From: an uncultured virus (IMG/VR IMGVR_UViG_3300030104_003092)
Lineage: Duplodnaviria > Heunggongvirae > Uroviricota > Caudoviricetes
Virus record (IMG/VR): IMGVR_UViG_3300030104_003092
Direction: 5' to 3' (one strand)
Length of the DNA: 64,000 bases
Shown: in pieces, positions 25,733 to 38,018 of the stretch
How positions within the stretch are numbered: position 1 is the first letter of the stretch
How the letters are laid out: the number at the start of each line of letters is the position of its first letter
The notes under the pieces: generated by a model
Seen by the model: the letters and a program-made list of their open reading frames with translations, nothing else
Told to the model about the DNA's origin: nothing
Database searches by the model: none
Translations under genes and position numbers: made by a program

Positions 25733-26680
25733 CTATCTTCTGCTAAGGTAAGCACCCATTCTAGCACTTATTGTAGATAACATGTTATCTTGTTTTTTTG
25801 GTTCAGGTTCAGCTTCAGCTTGTTGCTCTTGCTCATCTTCACCTATAACATTCTCATCGTATTTAGCTACTAAGTCTTTCATTAACTCAAAAGCAGCATC
25901 TCTATCTCCAGAGCTCAAAACAGTTCTAATATCTTCAACGTCATCAGGAGGTAATATAAGTTCACCACCTGTAGCTTCACCAATCTTCTCACCATCTTGA
26001 ACCATATCAATTTTATTAGTATTATGGTCAAATTCTCCTGGAGTCACACCACCGTCTTCAGTTATCTTACCACCTTTCTTTGCTGTTTCAACTGGGAATT
26101 TATTTCTATTAACTATACCAAAATCCTGAAGACCACCAGCACCAACACCACTAGCAACATCTTCAGCACCACCAAATATGTTTTGAACACCTGCATCTTT
26201 TTCTTTTCTTATACCCTCTAATTCTCCTTCAGCAACTTTTATGCGTTGATCTTCAACCTGCCCTTGTTCTGTAGCTAAATTTTTCATAGCCTCACTTTTA
26301 GCAGTTTGTTGTTTATCAAGTAGTGCTAAGTTTTGTTTTCTAGCACTATCTTCCAAGGCATTAACTAAAGGTAAAGCATTTCTAGGGTCTTTAGATAAAG
26401 CACCCATAGCAGAGGCTCTATCAGCAGCCTGAGACTCTTTCATACCCTGAATCAAACTTTGATCTATAGGTTGATCAGCCTGCTTCTGAGTAGCAGATGT
26501 AACTTTTCTTTCTAATCTTCCTGTATCAAAAGCATCTTGAGCCTTCTTAGCTCTTCTAGCTTGAATAGCACCGTATATAGCTTTACCAGCACCTATTGCC
26601 AAAGTAGCGGCACCAATAAAAGCTTTAGGTGTTTTTTTATTTTTACTATATTTTATTTTGGGTTTAACTTTTCGTGCCAT
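25733..26680 (-). CDS. Putative internal virion/ejection protein
   Basis: Gly/Ala-rich hydrophobic N-terminal segment, coiled coil, PGEFDH..GEATGGE motif; TACATTTG motif upstream at 26696-26703. Confidence 0.65.
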   Translation of the reverse strand: MARKVKPKIKYSKNKKTPKAFIGAATLAIGAGKAIYGAIQARRAKKAQDAFDTGRLERKVTSATQKQADQPIDQSLIQGMKESQAADRASAMGALSKDPRNALPLVNALEDSARKQNLALLDKQQTAKSEAMKNLATEQGQVEDQRIKVAEGELEGIRKEKDAGVQNIFGGAEDVASGVGAGGLQDFGIVNRNKFPVETAKKGGKITEDGGVTPGEFDHNTNKIDMVQDGEKIGEATGGELILPPDDVEDIRTVLSSGDRDAAFELMKDLVAKYDENVIGEDEQEQQAEAEPEPKKQDNMLSTISARMGAYLSRR

Positions 26681-26718
26681 GTTATTGAATTTTTACAAAT
26701 GTACTAATTTTTTTCTTA

Positions 26719-29700
26719 TTATTTGCCGCTAAGCTCACTCTTGTCTACATCTGCATTTGCAGCGTATATATTGAACTTCTGAGTAGACTGGTTTTTATTT
26801 GTTGCTAATATTGCCCTCATGTAACTACCCTTCATTTTTTCCCCCTCAACCTTACCTCTTTTAACTCCAAAAACAAAAGATCCGTCAACTACATCTAAAT
26901 CAGTAAGCACATTAGAGTTTAATGGTCTAATGTAACTTAAATGATTAGTATTATCATTAAAGGACTGATAGTATCCTAAAAAATAAGTTTGTCCACTATC
27001 ATCTTTCGAGTATAACGCTAGGTCTGTAGAAACTAAAGACATATTAACGTTGGGTGGTCTAGATGTAAGGGTAAACACAACACCTGGTTCAGCTAGACTA
27101 CTTGTATTTGTAAAACCTTCTAAAGAAACTCCAGTTCCTACACCTCTCACTATATACTCACCACCGACTAAAGCATTACTTAAATTAGTACGATAGTTTT
27201 CAGTTAAGAATGACTCATTTATATTATCCTCTAGTGTAATCTGATTACCAAATGTTTTAACTCTACCAATAGATATAATTTCAGAGCCATCCCCAAAAGA
27301 AATTTGATCTGAATCATTGCTAACACCTGAAGAACAAAAAGGAATATCTGCATACTGTATACCTTCTTTAGTTTTATAATCTATAACATACATTAAAGAT
27401 TTGTTAGGTTGAAATTTAACTCCACCATAATCTAAAGATTCATTTAACTCTAAAAATATGTTACTATGTATTTTAGATACTATAAAGTCTTTATATATAG
27501 GATTTAATTTTTCTTTATCTTCAGTATATCCAAATATTCTAACTAAATCTCCTGGCTTTACATCTTTATAAAACTCAGTGTCTTGACCTATAATTCTATT
27601 ACTTTCATCTCTAGTAACAACACCATCAATTTTTCTAAAAGCAATACTTGTAGATATAACGTCATCATAGTTACCATAATACTGTCCCATATTAGAAAAT
27701 AGTCCAGTCAAAAACTTAGTGTCACTTTCTATACCAATAGCATTATAAGTCTTAACTGATGAAGGTTCAGTATTAAACACAAAGTCTAAGTAAGATAAGT
27801 TTCTATTACCATAGAATGTATTCATCTGAGCTTTATTTAACGTATTTCTATTGTATATATCAGAATCGTTATGTCTATACAGCCTACCTTTTTTAAACGT
27901 AATAAATTGTCTATCTATCTTAGAGTAAAACTCAGGTATAAAAGAGTAAAAAGATGTCCACCTATTTAAACCTTCTTGAAAGGCTATAGTTACAGGATTA
28001 AATACTATAGATTTTTCATCATTTTGAATATTGTAAACTTGAGTTTCATCTTCCCAATTAATAATATCTTGATCCCAAGCACTTGCAGCAGAATACTGAC
28101 CACTACCTTGTCTTATAGTTTTTATTTCTGGAAACGTAACAACATACTCATCATACTTAGGATCGTAACCACCAACAAGCATGTAAGATGAACTAGGTGT
28201 TTGATATTGTTGTTGACTAACTGGACTATCAGGATTATACTTGACGTACATCTCACCAAGGTCCCTAAAGTAGTCCCTCATGTTATAGTCAGATATAACT
28301 GTAAGACCATCACCACCTAACCTAAGAACAGATCCCTTTCTTATATCTACAAAGTAAAACTTCTCTCCATTCTGAGCAATAGACTCAGGGTGTAGACCAC
28401 AACCATACTCACCAGAATATGTGTTAACATAGTTGGCTATAATGTTCTTTGATAAAGAGACCAACTGGTCAGCAGATGCTGTAGTTAAAATATCTTTCTC
28501 AACTAAAACTCTACCAACTTTACTTTCGTGAAATATAATTAAGTCGCTATCTCTCATTTTAAGAGATTGTATAGAACCAAAGTCTACGTTGTAGTCAAAA
28601 TAAGGACTATTAGCTGGGTTAAAACTAGATAGACCATTAATAGAGCCTGTGCTAGAATAAGCCTCAGAGTGATAAACTGTAGCACTTAATCTTCTTTCTT
28701 CAGAGTTGTTATTTACAACATTTATTCTACCTCTACTCCAATGGTTAGTGTTATGAAAGTCATTAAGAAAATAATCTTCACAAGGAAAGTTTTCTAAATT
28801 TTGTAAGTCTTCAGAAGATATAGATGTAAACATCTCTCTAGGCTTTAAATAAACATCACCTGAGGTTATAGATATTGTTGCTGGGACATTAGATACAAGT
28901 ACACCAGTCTCGTCATTGAGAGAGTAGTTAGTGCTTTGATCTTGTAGGTTACCAATATGACTTGCTATTATTGATCCTGGATTATTTATTTCAAGCTTAT
29001 CTCCAACCTCATAGTATAGCATGCTTTCTTCTGACGTTGTTTTCTTCTCTCTATAGACCTCTGCTATTAACTTGTTGTATCCACTTGATGAGAAACTAAA
29101 ACCGCTATGACCAATACTTACTAAGGTGTTATCCTCTAATCTAACAGTTGTAGATCCAGGATTAGCTATTCTTATATAAAAACCTGGATTTGTAGTCGCA
29201 TCTATAGGATTTTCTTCTAAGTCCTCTTGATAGAAATCAAAACCAGTTATCTTAAAGTCTAGGTATTCACCAAACTTTTTTCTAACACCATTATTTTCAC
29301 AGCTTATAAATCTAATTCTATCACCACCTTTTTCTTGAAACTCAAAATCTAAATCAGAACCTGAGGCTTCGTTGTAGCTAGACTTGTTAGCTTTTAAAGA
29401 TTGTAGTCCTATATATATCTGAGTGTCACCTCCAGCACCTGCTTTACTTATTGGGGATGTTATCTGCATAAAGTCACCAACAGTGGTGTTACCTGTATAA
29501 ACAACTTGATAATGTGTAGCCCACCTAGGAGGTCTGTTAAAAACCTCAAGTATAGCTGAGGATGTTTGACCTAAATCAGTATTACTTTCTGTTACAAAAG
29601 GGTTATAGACTCTAGATCCAGTAAATTTATCATACTTAGGAGCTACATTTACAAAAGAACATCTATTAGTTTCGTCAAAATATACTAATCCAAAGTCATG

Positions 29701-31955
29701 AAAAGCACCTGTTTTAAAAGAGTTAAATCCTGGAGAGCCAGAAGTAAACTTAGCAATGTGAGTATGAACCACGCTTGCCCATCCATCATTGTCTGTAGCC
29801 CAATTTGCTGCACCACCCCCATTAGGTTCTTCTTTGTTATCAACGCAATGAAATTTTATTTTTAACACTGTATTAGATTGAACTGAAGATAAACTTATAG
29901 AGCCTTGATCTTTTACTGCGTTGTCTGGGTTAGCACCACCTGAATTGTGAGCTAAAGTTGTTATAGTTCCACCATCATAATTGCCACCATTAAATTGTTG
30001 AATTATTCTGTTGATTACTTGACTTTTTGTGACCAAACCAGTAACATCAACTTTTATATTTAATCTACCAGCTCTTGTTTTTTGCTTACTTCCTTCAAAC
30101 GAAATTGAAGCAGATCTTCTATTTAACCCCCATCTAATGTTTATAGATATAGTTTGAGAGTTCTCATCGTTTAAAGAAATATTACTAAAGTCTAAATAAA
30201 CATTCCAATCACAATTTTCTCCATTATTAGACTTCCATCCACTACCACCGTCACCATCTTCAATAGCCTCTGCCATAACAGTACCATTTCCACCACTTTC
30301 ACTTGTAACTTGAGTTGATAAAGCATCTGTAGTATAAAATTTAAGAGAATTAGATAAAGACTGAACTTTAGCTCCCTTGTTGTTAAACTTAGAATTAGCT
30401 ACTATTGGTGTGTTATCATAACCCTCAACAACATTACCATAAGCTATCCTGTTATTAGACAATATAGTTTGTGCTTGTGCTAACTTAGGTACAACATCAA
30501 AAAGTTTATCAGAGTCAACTCTATCAACAAAAGGATATATACCATTGTTTTTAAATTTAATTAAAGATTTATCTATGGTAAGATAATAGTCTGGATCAAT
30601 TATTAAATCGTTCTTTAAAATTTTAAGGTAGGTTATAAAATTGTTTTCTACAGTGTCTATAAGAAAAAACTCACCAGTATTACCTTTTCTAGCCACTATT
30701 TCAGTTTTTTTAACATCAGATACAGTATCAAAATATTCTACGTCAATAACGTTAAATGAATCTCTATAGTCTTCATGTGTTAAAGGTGTGTTTAAAGAAA
30801 ACTGTGGGTCTAATTTTACATCTGATATACCACTATAAGAAGATAATTCGTTATCATAATATCTATATCTATACTTAAACTGAAAAAGATTATCTAGTAT
30901 ATCATTTTTAGATGTAGANNNNNNNNNNTCTGAAGTTCAGGTTGAGGTCTAAGGGTTGGTTGATATTTTATAACATCCATGTATTTAGACCTATCATTAA
31001 CACCCCCGAAAGTAATCAAAGGTGAGTAGGCATTTTCAGGATTTGCATGTAATAATATACCAGACAAAAGATTACCATTTTCATCAACCATAGCAGCACT
31101 AAAAGCCCAAGGACAGTCAGTAATAATACCAGCCATGTTAGTATTCACATCTACACCTATAAGATGTAAGGGGTTAGCTGATGCATCAGTAAATGAAGGT
31201 GCGTCACCTTTTAATGTAATCGTAGTACCTGATATAGAATCAACCTGAAAATAATAAGCAAAGTTATTATTAACTATTCCTATAAAGTCATCAGGTTCTA
31301 AATCAACATTAGATATTGCAGAACTTGATGTTACATTAAAGCTATTTTCCGTAACATTAAAAGTTACTCCTTGAGGTATTTTTCTAACTATACCAGTTAC
31401 TTTAGCGTAGCCATTGTAAGGGGATAAGTCAGGACTACTTACGTGTGCATATATATTATCATCAACATTAAATCCATGACCATTATTTGGAGTTATATAT
31501 ACTGTAGAGTAGTCACTTTTATAATAAAAATCATAAAACTGAACTCCATTTTTAATGTTAAATTCATTTTGTTTTGCTAACTCAACATTTATTTTTCTTG
31601 GTCTATTTTTATTGTCAGTCCAATATAATATGTTTTCTATTTTATTTACTCCAGTTATAGGGTTGTTTACATCAAAGTTTAAGATAGACTCAAATAAACC
31701 ACTACTACTCATTCTACCATCTTGATAGACAGTTCTTATTGTGTCAGTAAATAAATTATACTCTAATATGGAATCAAAACTTTTTTTAAAACCAGTATAC
31801 TTAACAAAATAATAAATACAGTTAGTTGGCTTATCTTCATAAGCACCAATACAACGATGGTCTTCAGATAAAACATTACTAGACGTGCTAGTCGTAATGT
31901 TAGCTAAGGGAGTTGGTTTATCTGTAGTAAATAATGGAGTTGTTGGAGTAGCCAT
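26719..31955 (-). CDS. Tail stabilisation/nozzle protein, one gene (~1745 aa) spanning an assembly gap
   Basis: Frame of the 26719-30696 ORF stays open up to the N-run at 30919-30928 (..LFQFKYRYRYYDNELSSYS..); CIG..D..IYYF, LYWTDN.N.PRKIN, GEYG...PES and WTSFYSF.PE motifs. Confidence 0.8.
30919..30928. other. Assembly gap (10 N)
   Basis: Run of n characters. Confidence 1.
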
Positions 31956-31957
31956 TT

Positions 31958-34900
31958 TTATATATTATTTTTTGTCATTCTTCTTGCTCCTAAAATATCA
32001 AACGGTAAATTCTCTGTAACGTCTTGAGATTTATTCATTATAATATCTGAAGAACCTGAAGGATATATGTATTCATCTGAGTTTAAGTTTTGACCATCAT
32101 AAGAAGGTAAGACTAGAGCTTCAACAAAACTTTCTACGCTATCTACTGCACTTTTTACTGTCTTATTACTTGGTCCCTGCTGTATTTTTTCAACATGTAG
32201 TTGGAAGTTGGCACCACCCTCAGTAACGTTATTAGGGTCTTTAGAGTTAGTTACGTTCCAATTCCAAGAAAAAGTGTTATTCTTATAAATATTAACAGTA
32301 TTTAATGAAGGTATTGGTTGTAAATCACTTGTAAGATTAAGTCCTGTGTTATAATAAATATCCCAACCAGTTTCTCCACCTAAAAACTCTACCTCAACCT
32401 GCAAGCCATCATCAATACCTTGACTTTCTAAATAACTTGTTTTTGTAACAACGGGTCTTTGTCCTCCCCTGTCCCCAATTATCTTATCACCACTAGATGA
32501 AGATGCGTAACTATTACCATTAGTGTCAACTAAAGAAGCTACAGGATTAAGGTTTAATAAAGTAAATTTAATTGTGTATTTTTTACTAGTGCTTGGAGAA
32601 TAAAAGGTAACATAAAAAGTATTAGGGTTTCCAGTATAAAATTTACCATCTATATTACTATTAAGAGTGTTGTTATAATTTAAATTATTTGTTAATTTAT
32701 TTAAATGAGATACTATTATTTCTTCAGGATGTTTAGAAGAAAAAATATTATTGCTATCAACACCACCTACAAACCCCCCTCTAAGTGTATTATCTACACT
32801 AGATCCATGTAAAACTTGAAATCCTGGATTATTTAAAAATCCACCAGAAGAATCTAAATTAATATTTTTAGGTTGTAAATCAGGAATGTTATCATTTTTT
32901 ATAACTATATAGGATGGAAGTGCATTACTATAAAAGTCACTAGGAATTGAATCGCTAACAACAGGAAGCCCACCACTAAACGTTAGTAACCATTTTTCAT
33001 TACTTACAGAAGAAGGTACTAAACCACCATCAACCTCACTCAATAAAGAATAAAGGTTGTTTACAAAAGTGTTTTGAAGTGATATTTGTTCTTGAACATT
33101 ATTTTTATTAGCGTTAAAGTCATTAATAAAATTAGTAATATCACTAGATGTCACTGTAGAGCTTACACCAAAGTCTTCTATAACATCAATAATTAGTTCA
33201 GATAACGCTAATATGTTTTTATTTGATATTGTAAACGCTTCATTATAAAGAATTATATCTTCTTTAGCTTGTTGTAACTCTACTGATAAGCTATCTATAA
33301 TTGTTTTTTGATCTAAAACTTTTTGACTTAGATTTTCATTTCTAGCTTTAAGCTGATTAACGTAACCAAGAAGTTCTAATATTAAATTACTAGTAACAGT
33401 ATTATTGTCCTCAAAAGTATTTAGAGATATTTTTTCTATATCTGCTATATAATCTCCACTTCCAACTACTCTTATGCGTATAGATTTACATGGAGACTGT
33501 AAATTAACAACTCTAGAAAATAGACCTGCGTCAGATATTGTAAACCTTTGACTAATTACTATACCATTATTTACCAGAAAGTCAACTTCTAAACTACATT
33601 CTTTAAGCTCAAGAGTATTAACAACTACTACATATAAACCCTGACCTAAGTCTACGTTTTGACTTAATAAGCCTGACTCTCCAAGATTTACTTTATTAGA
33701 CCTAGCTCTTCCATTTTCAAACTTCCAATTGTCACCTGACCACTGAGTAACAGGACTAACAAACTCACCGTTACTTAATTTTTCTGTTAACACTACAGGG
33801 TTGTTAAGTTGACTGTACTCAGATATAATATTTTGTATATCAATGTTTGAGACAGCAGCTAAATCGGTAGCATCAATATCAGCTTGAGTAATGTCATTAA
33901 TTTGATCTACTAAACTTTCATATACTTTTGAAATCTCTGTAAAATCTTTTTGTAAATCAGTATAATTTTCACTGAGTCCATTAAAATCTAATTGCAAAGA
34001 AGCAAGATTTGCTAAGGTTTCAGATTGAGACTGTTCTAATTCAATTATTCTGTCTTCTGCTTCTCTGAGTCTACGTTCTAATTCTTTATTTGCATCCTCT
34101 AATTGTGCAGTAAGATCTTCTTGATTAGATAAAGCATCTGTTTGTGTTGACAGCTCTTCTTCAAGTATTTCTATATCACGTCTAAGTTTAGAAATAAGGT
34201 CATTTAAACTAACCTCTTCTCCATTTTGTTGAGTTATAGTAGCTGTTTGATCAGCAATAATCTGATTAGCATCAATAAGATCTTTAGTAAGGTTGTTTAT
34301 TGTTTCTACTTGAACAGCATTTAAATTTTGTTGATTTTCAAGAAGTTCAGCTAACTGTTTATTAAAAATAGTAAGGTTAGTTATTTGACTTTCAGAAGCG
34401 TTATTTTCACTTACCAAAAAAGATAGTTGTTGCTCTAACCCTTCTATTTTAGTTGCATTAACTGCTACAGTTTGTTGTAAACCTGCAACAGTGGTATTTA
34501 ATTCTATTATTTCCCTATCCTTTGAATCAATTGTTGCTTGTAAACTAACAACTTCTTGCTGAGAGCTTAATAGATCTTGTTTTAATGTATCTACTTGTTG
34601 TTGTAGTACAGCATTAGAAATTATACTAGAATCTAAAGCTTCTAAATCACTAACAATATTAGTCAAAGCCTGATTAACATCATCCTTAGAAGATTGATAA
34701 CTATCTATAAGGTTTATTATATTAGCTTCACTGTCAGGGTCATCAATACCAATAATTATATTTTCAAGACCATTAAGTGTGTTTTCTAGTTTATCTACTT
34801 CACTTTGTAACGTAGAATTAAGGGCGTTTGCACTTGTTAACTGTGTCGCAGCACTAGCAGCATTCGTAGCAAGTTGAGCATTTAAAGTACTTAGTGCCTC

Positions 34901-36826
34901 CCCATGTGCAATTTCATCATCTTTTATTTGAGTTTCAAGATTACCTATTTGTGCGTTAGCAACAGCAAGCTGATCTTGCAAGTTCGTGTACTCAAAATGA
35001 CTTGTAATATCAATATTATCTTGATCACCTACACTCACCTTTGTTAACCTCAAAGAGGTGCCAGGGTACCACTCTGGAACTTGAGTAACATCTTCACCAT
35101 CTTTAAGTTTTTGTAACAACTCTTCAGAGTTTTTAGCAAAGGCTAAATTAAAATCAATACTAAGAGATGTTTGAAACCTCATAGCTAAAGAGCTAACCTC
35201 AGTCTTTTCTAAAAACAATCTTAAGTTAGTAATAGTCATGCTGTCACTAGAAGAAAAAGTGTTTTTAAACTTTATTCCTATAAGGGAATAGTTAAAACTA
35301 GTATCTATAAATGAAGATTTTGATCCGTTTGAATCAGCACCTACAGTCTGAACATCTAAAACGTTAAATGTAAAAGAATTACCTGATGGTAGTCCTGCAA
35401 CAGTGTATGTTAATTTATGAGACTTACCCGCTAGTAAAGGAGCTTTTAATAAGTAAAGCTCATCAGCTATAATATCTGTACCCGCAAATGTTATGGTACC
35501 TTTATCAATACTAAAACCAGCCTGTTCTACAATCTCTTCATTATCATAGTAATACTCTAACTGATTATATGATTTAGTATCTGCATTTACAATACCTTGT
35601 ATTGATCTTTTTTGTCCAGCTAAAGGAGTGTTGGTAGTAAAGTTTTTTGATACGCTAGATAGACTTGACACCATCCCCCTACCGCCAGTTATAAGAACTT
35701 GATTAATACCCCCACCATTATCAACAGTTTTAACTGTAGCGTCAAGCATGTTAGATAGTTGATGCTGATTATTATCAAATTGAAATTGACTACCAGAACC
35801 AGTTTCTGTAGTTTTAGTGTCTAAATTTAAAAATTCTTGAACATCAAAATTACCATTACCAAGATCATTAACACTATAAATATTAACATTGTTTGTTGGC
35901 GTTATAGATGGATTTGATGGCTCTTCACCTCCTACTTCAAGGTCCCACGTAGCACCTGAGTTACTATCAGTATCACCAGGACCATAATTATTTTCTTCAT
36001 CATCAGATGAATTTAAAGATGCGTGAAAAGAGTTTTCTGAACCTAAAACCACACTACCACCAATAAAATTTCCATTTGGGTGTTGGCTAGCAAGCCAAAG
36101 AGAACCTAGTGTTAGCTCAGGAGTTATTGTTTCACTCCAAAATTGACCAGATACTTGAGAGAGACTACTTGTAAAATTTAAAAAGAAAGGTGCGTTAGTT
36201 GTAGCAGCCTCATAAGTTATTACAAAAGGTTGAGTATTATCAAAATTATTACTTTCAGTTAAAGGTTGTCCACTTCCATCGACTATTGAGGACACTTCTA
36301 TATTAAGGGGTTGTCCTGTTAAAAGATTGTCTACTGTTAAGCTGTGTAAAGGACCACCTTCTGAAAAATAAGTTAAAAGATCACTTGCAATACCTGTTTT
36401 ATCCTCTTGACCTACAAGATAAACATTAGGACCCTGTACTGGTGGAAAACCAAATTCAATAGCGTTACCATCATCGTCATAACTAGCGGTCATATAATGA
36501 ATGACAAAATTATACCTAACAGTTGGTGTTTCTTTAGTACCTCCAATATAAATTTTTTGAGTATGAATTACTGTGCTTACAGGAACCTCCTCTATCTGTA
36601 TATGACCATCATCAGATGAGGTAAACTCTAGTATCTGATCAGTCTCGTCTATAAACTTAAATGGAACAAGGGTGTTACCCTCTATATTTTCTACAGAGCC
36701 AGAGGTGCCATCCATAGATGCCATGTTTCTAATGTTTAAAGCATCTCTATAGTCACCATCTTTAATTATTCGTGGATCTGAATCTTTATCCATCCCACCT
36801 GTAAATACTCTCTTATCCTGTGCCAT
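31958..36826 (-). CDS. Large tail-associated protein: nozzle-type N-terminal motif, beta domains and long coiled coil
   Basis: MAQDKRVFTGGMDKDSDPRII..YRDALNIR..GSVENIEGN start; heptad-rich region ~aa 610-990 and ~1140-1260. Confidence 0.75.
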   Translation of the reverse strand: MAQDKRVFTGGMDKDSDPRIIKDGDYRDALNIRNMASMDGTSGSVENIEGNTLVPFKFIDETDQILEFTSSDDGHIQIEEVPVSTVIHTQKIYIGGTKETPTVRYNFVIHYMTASYDDDGNAIEFGFPPVQGPNVYLVGQEDKTGIASDLLTYFSEGGPLHSLTVDNLLTGQPLNIEVSSIVDGSGQPLTESNNFDNTQPFVITYEAATTNAPFFLNFTSSLSQVSGQFWSETITPELTLGSLWLASQHPNGNFIGGSVVLGSENSFHASLNSSDDEENNYGPGDTDSNSGATWDLEVGGEEPSNPSITPTNNVNIYSVNDLGNGNFDVQEFLNLDTKTTETGSGSQFQFDNNQHQLSNMLDATVKTVDNGGGINQVLITGGRGMVSSLSSVSKNFTTNTPLAGQKRSIQGIVNADTKSYNQLEYYYDNEEIVEQAGFSIDKGTITFAGTDIIADELYLLKAPLLAGKSHKLTYTVAGLPSGNSFTFNVLDVQTVGADSNGSKSSFIDTSFNYSLIGIKFKNTFSSSDSMTITNLRLFLEKTEVSSLAMRFQTSLSIDFNLAFAKNSEELLQKLKDGEDVTQVPEWYPGTSLRLTKVSVGDQDNIDITSHFEYTNLQDQLAVANAQIGNLETQIKDDEIAHGEALSTLNAQLATNAASAATQLTSANALNSTLQSEVDKLENTLNGLENIIIGIDDPDSEANIINLIDSYQSSKDDVNQALTNIVSDLEALDSSIISNAVLQQQVDTLKQDLLSSQQEVVSLQATIDSKDREIIELNTTVAGLQQTVAVNATKIEGLEQQLSFLVSENNASESQITNLTIFNKQLAELLENQQNLNAVQVETINNLTKDLIDANQIIADQTATITQQNGEEVSLNDLISKLRRDIEILEEELSTQTDALSNQEDLTAQLEDANKELERRLREAEDRIIELEQSQSETLANLASLQLDFNGLSENYTDLQKDFTEISKVYESLVDQINDITQADIDATDLAAVSNIDIQNIISEYSQLNNPVVLTEKLSNGEFVSPVTQWSGDNWKFENGRARSNKVNLGESGLLSQNVDLGQGLYVVVVNTLELKECSLEVDFLVNNGIVISQRFTISDAGLFSRVVNLQSPCKSIRIRVVGSGDYIADIEKISLNTFEDNNTVTSNLILELLGYVNQLKARNENLSQKVLDQKTIIDSLSVELQQAKEDIILYNEAFTISNKNILALSELIIDVIEDFGVSSTVTSSDITNFINDFNANKNNVQEQISLQNTFVNNLYSLLSEVDGGLVPSSVSNEKWLLTFSGGLPVVSDSIPSDFYSNALPSYIVIKNDNIPDLQPKNINLDSSGGFLNNPGFQVLHGSSVDNTLRGGFVGGVDSNNIFSSKHPEEIIVSHLNKLTNNLNYNNTLNSNIDGKFYTGNPNTFYVTFYSPSTSKKYTIKFTLLNLNPVASLVDTNGNSYASSSSGDKIIGDRGGQRPVVTKTSYLESQGIDDGLQVEVEFLGGETGWDIYYNTGLNLTSDLQPIPSLNTVNIYKNNTFSWNWNVTNSKDPNNVTEGGANFQLHVEKIQQGPSNKTVKSAVDSVESFVEALVLPSYDGQNLNSDEYIYPSGSSDIIMNKSQDVTENLPFDILGARRMTKNNI

Positions 36827-36828
36827 TA

Positions 36829-38016
36829 TTATAATTTAGGAGATTGCTTGAATGCTTTTCTAGAAACCTGCATAGCAGCTTCTTTGTTAAAACTCATCAT
36901 TCTAGCTCTAGCTAATCTTTTCTCATTATAGTAGGCTCTTTTAGCCATTTGTTTTTCGTTAGCAGGAACGCCACGTTTTCTTTGTATGTACTTGTAATAT
37001 ATGTAACAACGTAAAGCCTCTTCACAAAACTTATGCACTTTAGGTCCATCACCAACAACACCTAACTGCAGTAACTTTTGACTAAGTATTGGTACTATAT
37101 TTGCTGACCCATGTTCAGTTACAGTTTGACTTAAATTAGTAGTAAAGGTATTAAGATTTTTAGGGACCGCAGTTATGTCGCTGTAAGTTAAAGTTATAGT
37201 ACTAGAATTAGGACTAAGAGATGCTTTTATTTTATTATTACTCTCAGATAACCTAAACTCAGGATACCCCTCATTTATAACGTTTAAAAATTTTCCAGCA
37301 ATAGATGATGCACTATCTATACCAGAGAATTTTATATCTGTATTAGAGGTAGGGTCAGTATCAAGTTTAAATGTAAACGTTATAGTGTCTGTTGAAGATG
37401 TTGGACTTGGTATTGTTAAAATAGTTGAATTTCGTATACCATTACTTGCATCTTCAGAATGAGCAGCATTGAATGTAAACTTTATAACGTGATCTACAGG
37501 TTGAATATTACTTATGCCATCAGATATATACTCCATAAATACTGTTTTACCAGCAAGGTCTGAAGAAAAGTTTATAGTGTCATCATCTCTATTTATTCTG
37601 TAGTAGCCTAGGGTATTATTGCCACCACCTACACCAAACTTTCTACCAACATCTGTGTGGTAGTAAGGGTTGTTCTCGTCAAAATTATCATCACCAACTT
37701 CAGCAGCAACAGAAGCATCTAATATTAAGTCAGACTTGTAACCTAAAGACACAAATCTATCTTCATCATTACTTCTATACCCAATACGCAAAAGCTTAAC
37801 ATAGTCATTTGGTAAAGTAACCTGAAGTGTTGTAGAGTCTACAAGCATTGTAGCTGTTTTAATCTCTTGTTCTGCGTCAAACTTAAGTTCTCTTAATCCC
37901 TGCAGAGCTAATAATCTTAATTGGTATATCTGTGCATCTTTATCGTAAGACGTGTCATCTATTGTTAATTGAAAGTCATTTACTACTTCATCTATACTTG
38001 TATAATCTATTGCCAT
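36829..38016 (-). CDS. Tail ring/adaptor (tubular) protein with probable inserted domain
   Basis: GLREL.FD, LPNDYV, EYISDG, KVHKFCEEAL, KRLARAR motifs; position after capsid genes. Confidence 0.7.
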   Translation of the reverse strand: MAIDYTSIDEVVNDFQLTIDDTSYDKDAQIYQLRLLALQGLRELKFDAEQEIKTATMLVDSTTLQVTLPNDYVKLLRIGYRSNDEDRFVSLGYKSDLILDASVAAEVGDDNFDENNPYYHTDVGRKFGVGGGNNTLGYYRINRDDDTINFSSDLAGKTVFMEYISDGISNIQPVDHVIKFTFNAAHSEDASNGIRNSTILTIPSPTSSTDTITFTFKLDTDPTSNTDIKFSGIDSASSIAGKFLNVINEGYPEFRLSESNNKIKASLSPNSSTITLTYSDITAVPKNLNTFTTNLSQTVTEHGSANIVPILSQKLLQLGVVGDGPKVHKFCEEALRCYIYYKYIQRKRGVPANEKQMAKRAYYNEKRLARARMMSFNKEAAMQVSRKAFKQSPKL

Positions 38017-38018
38017 AA

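Noticed and set aside
30697..30928. Apparent frameshift or pseudogene between the 353-aa and 1325-aa ORFs
   Set aside because: The break coincides with the 10-N scaffold gap and the downstream frame is open up to the gap, so it is an assembly artefact.
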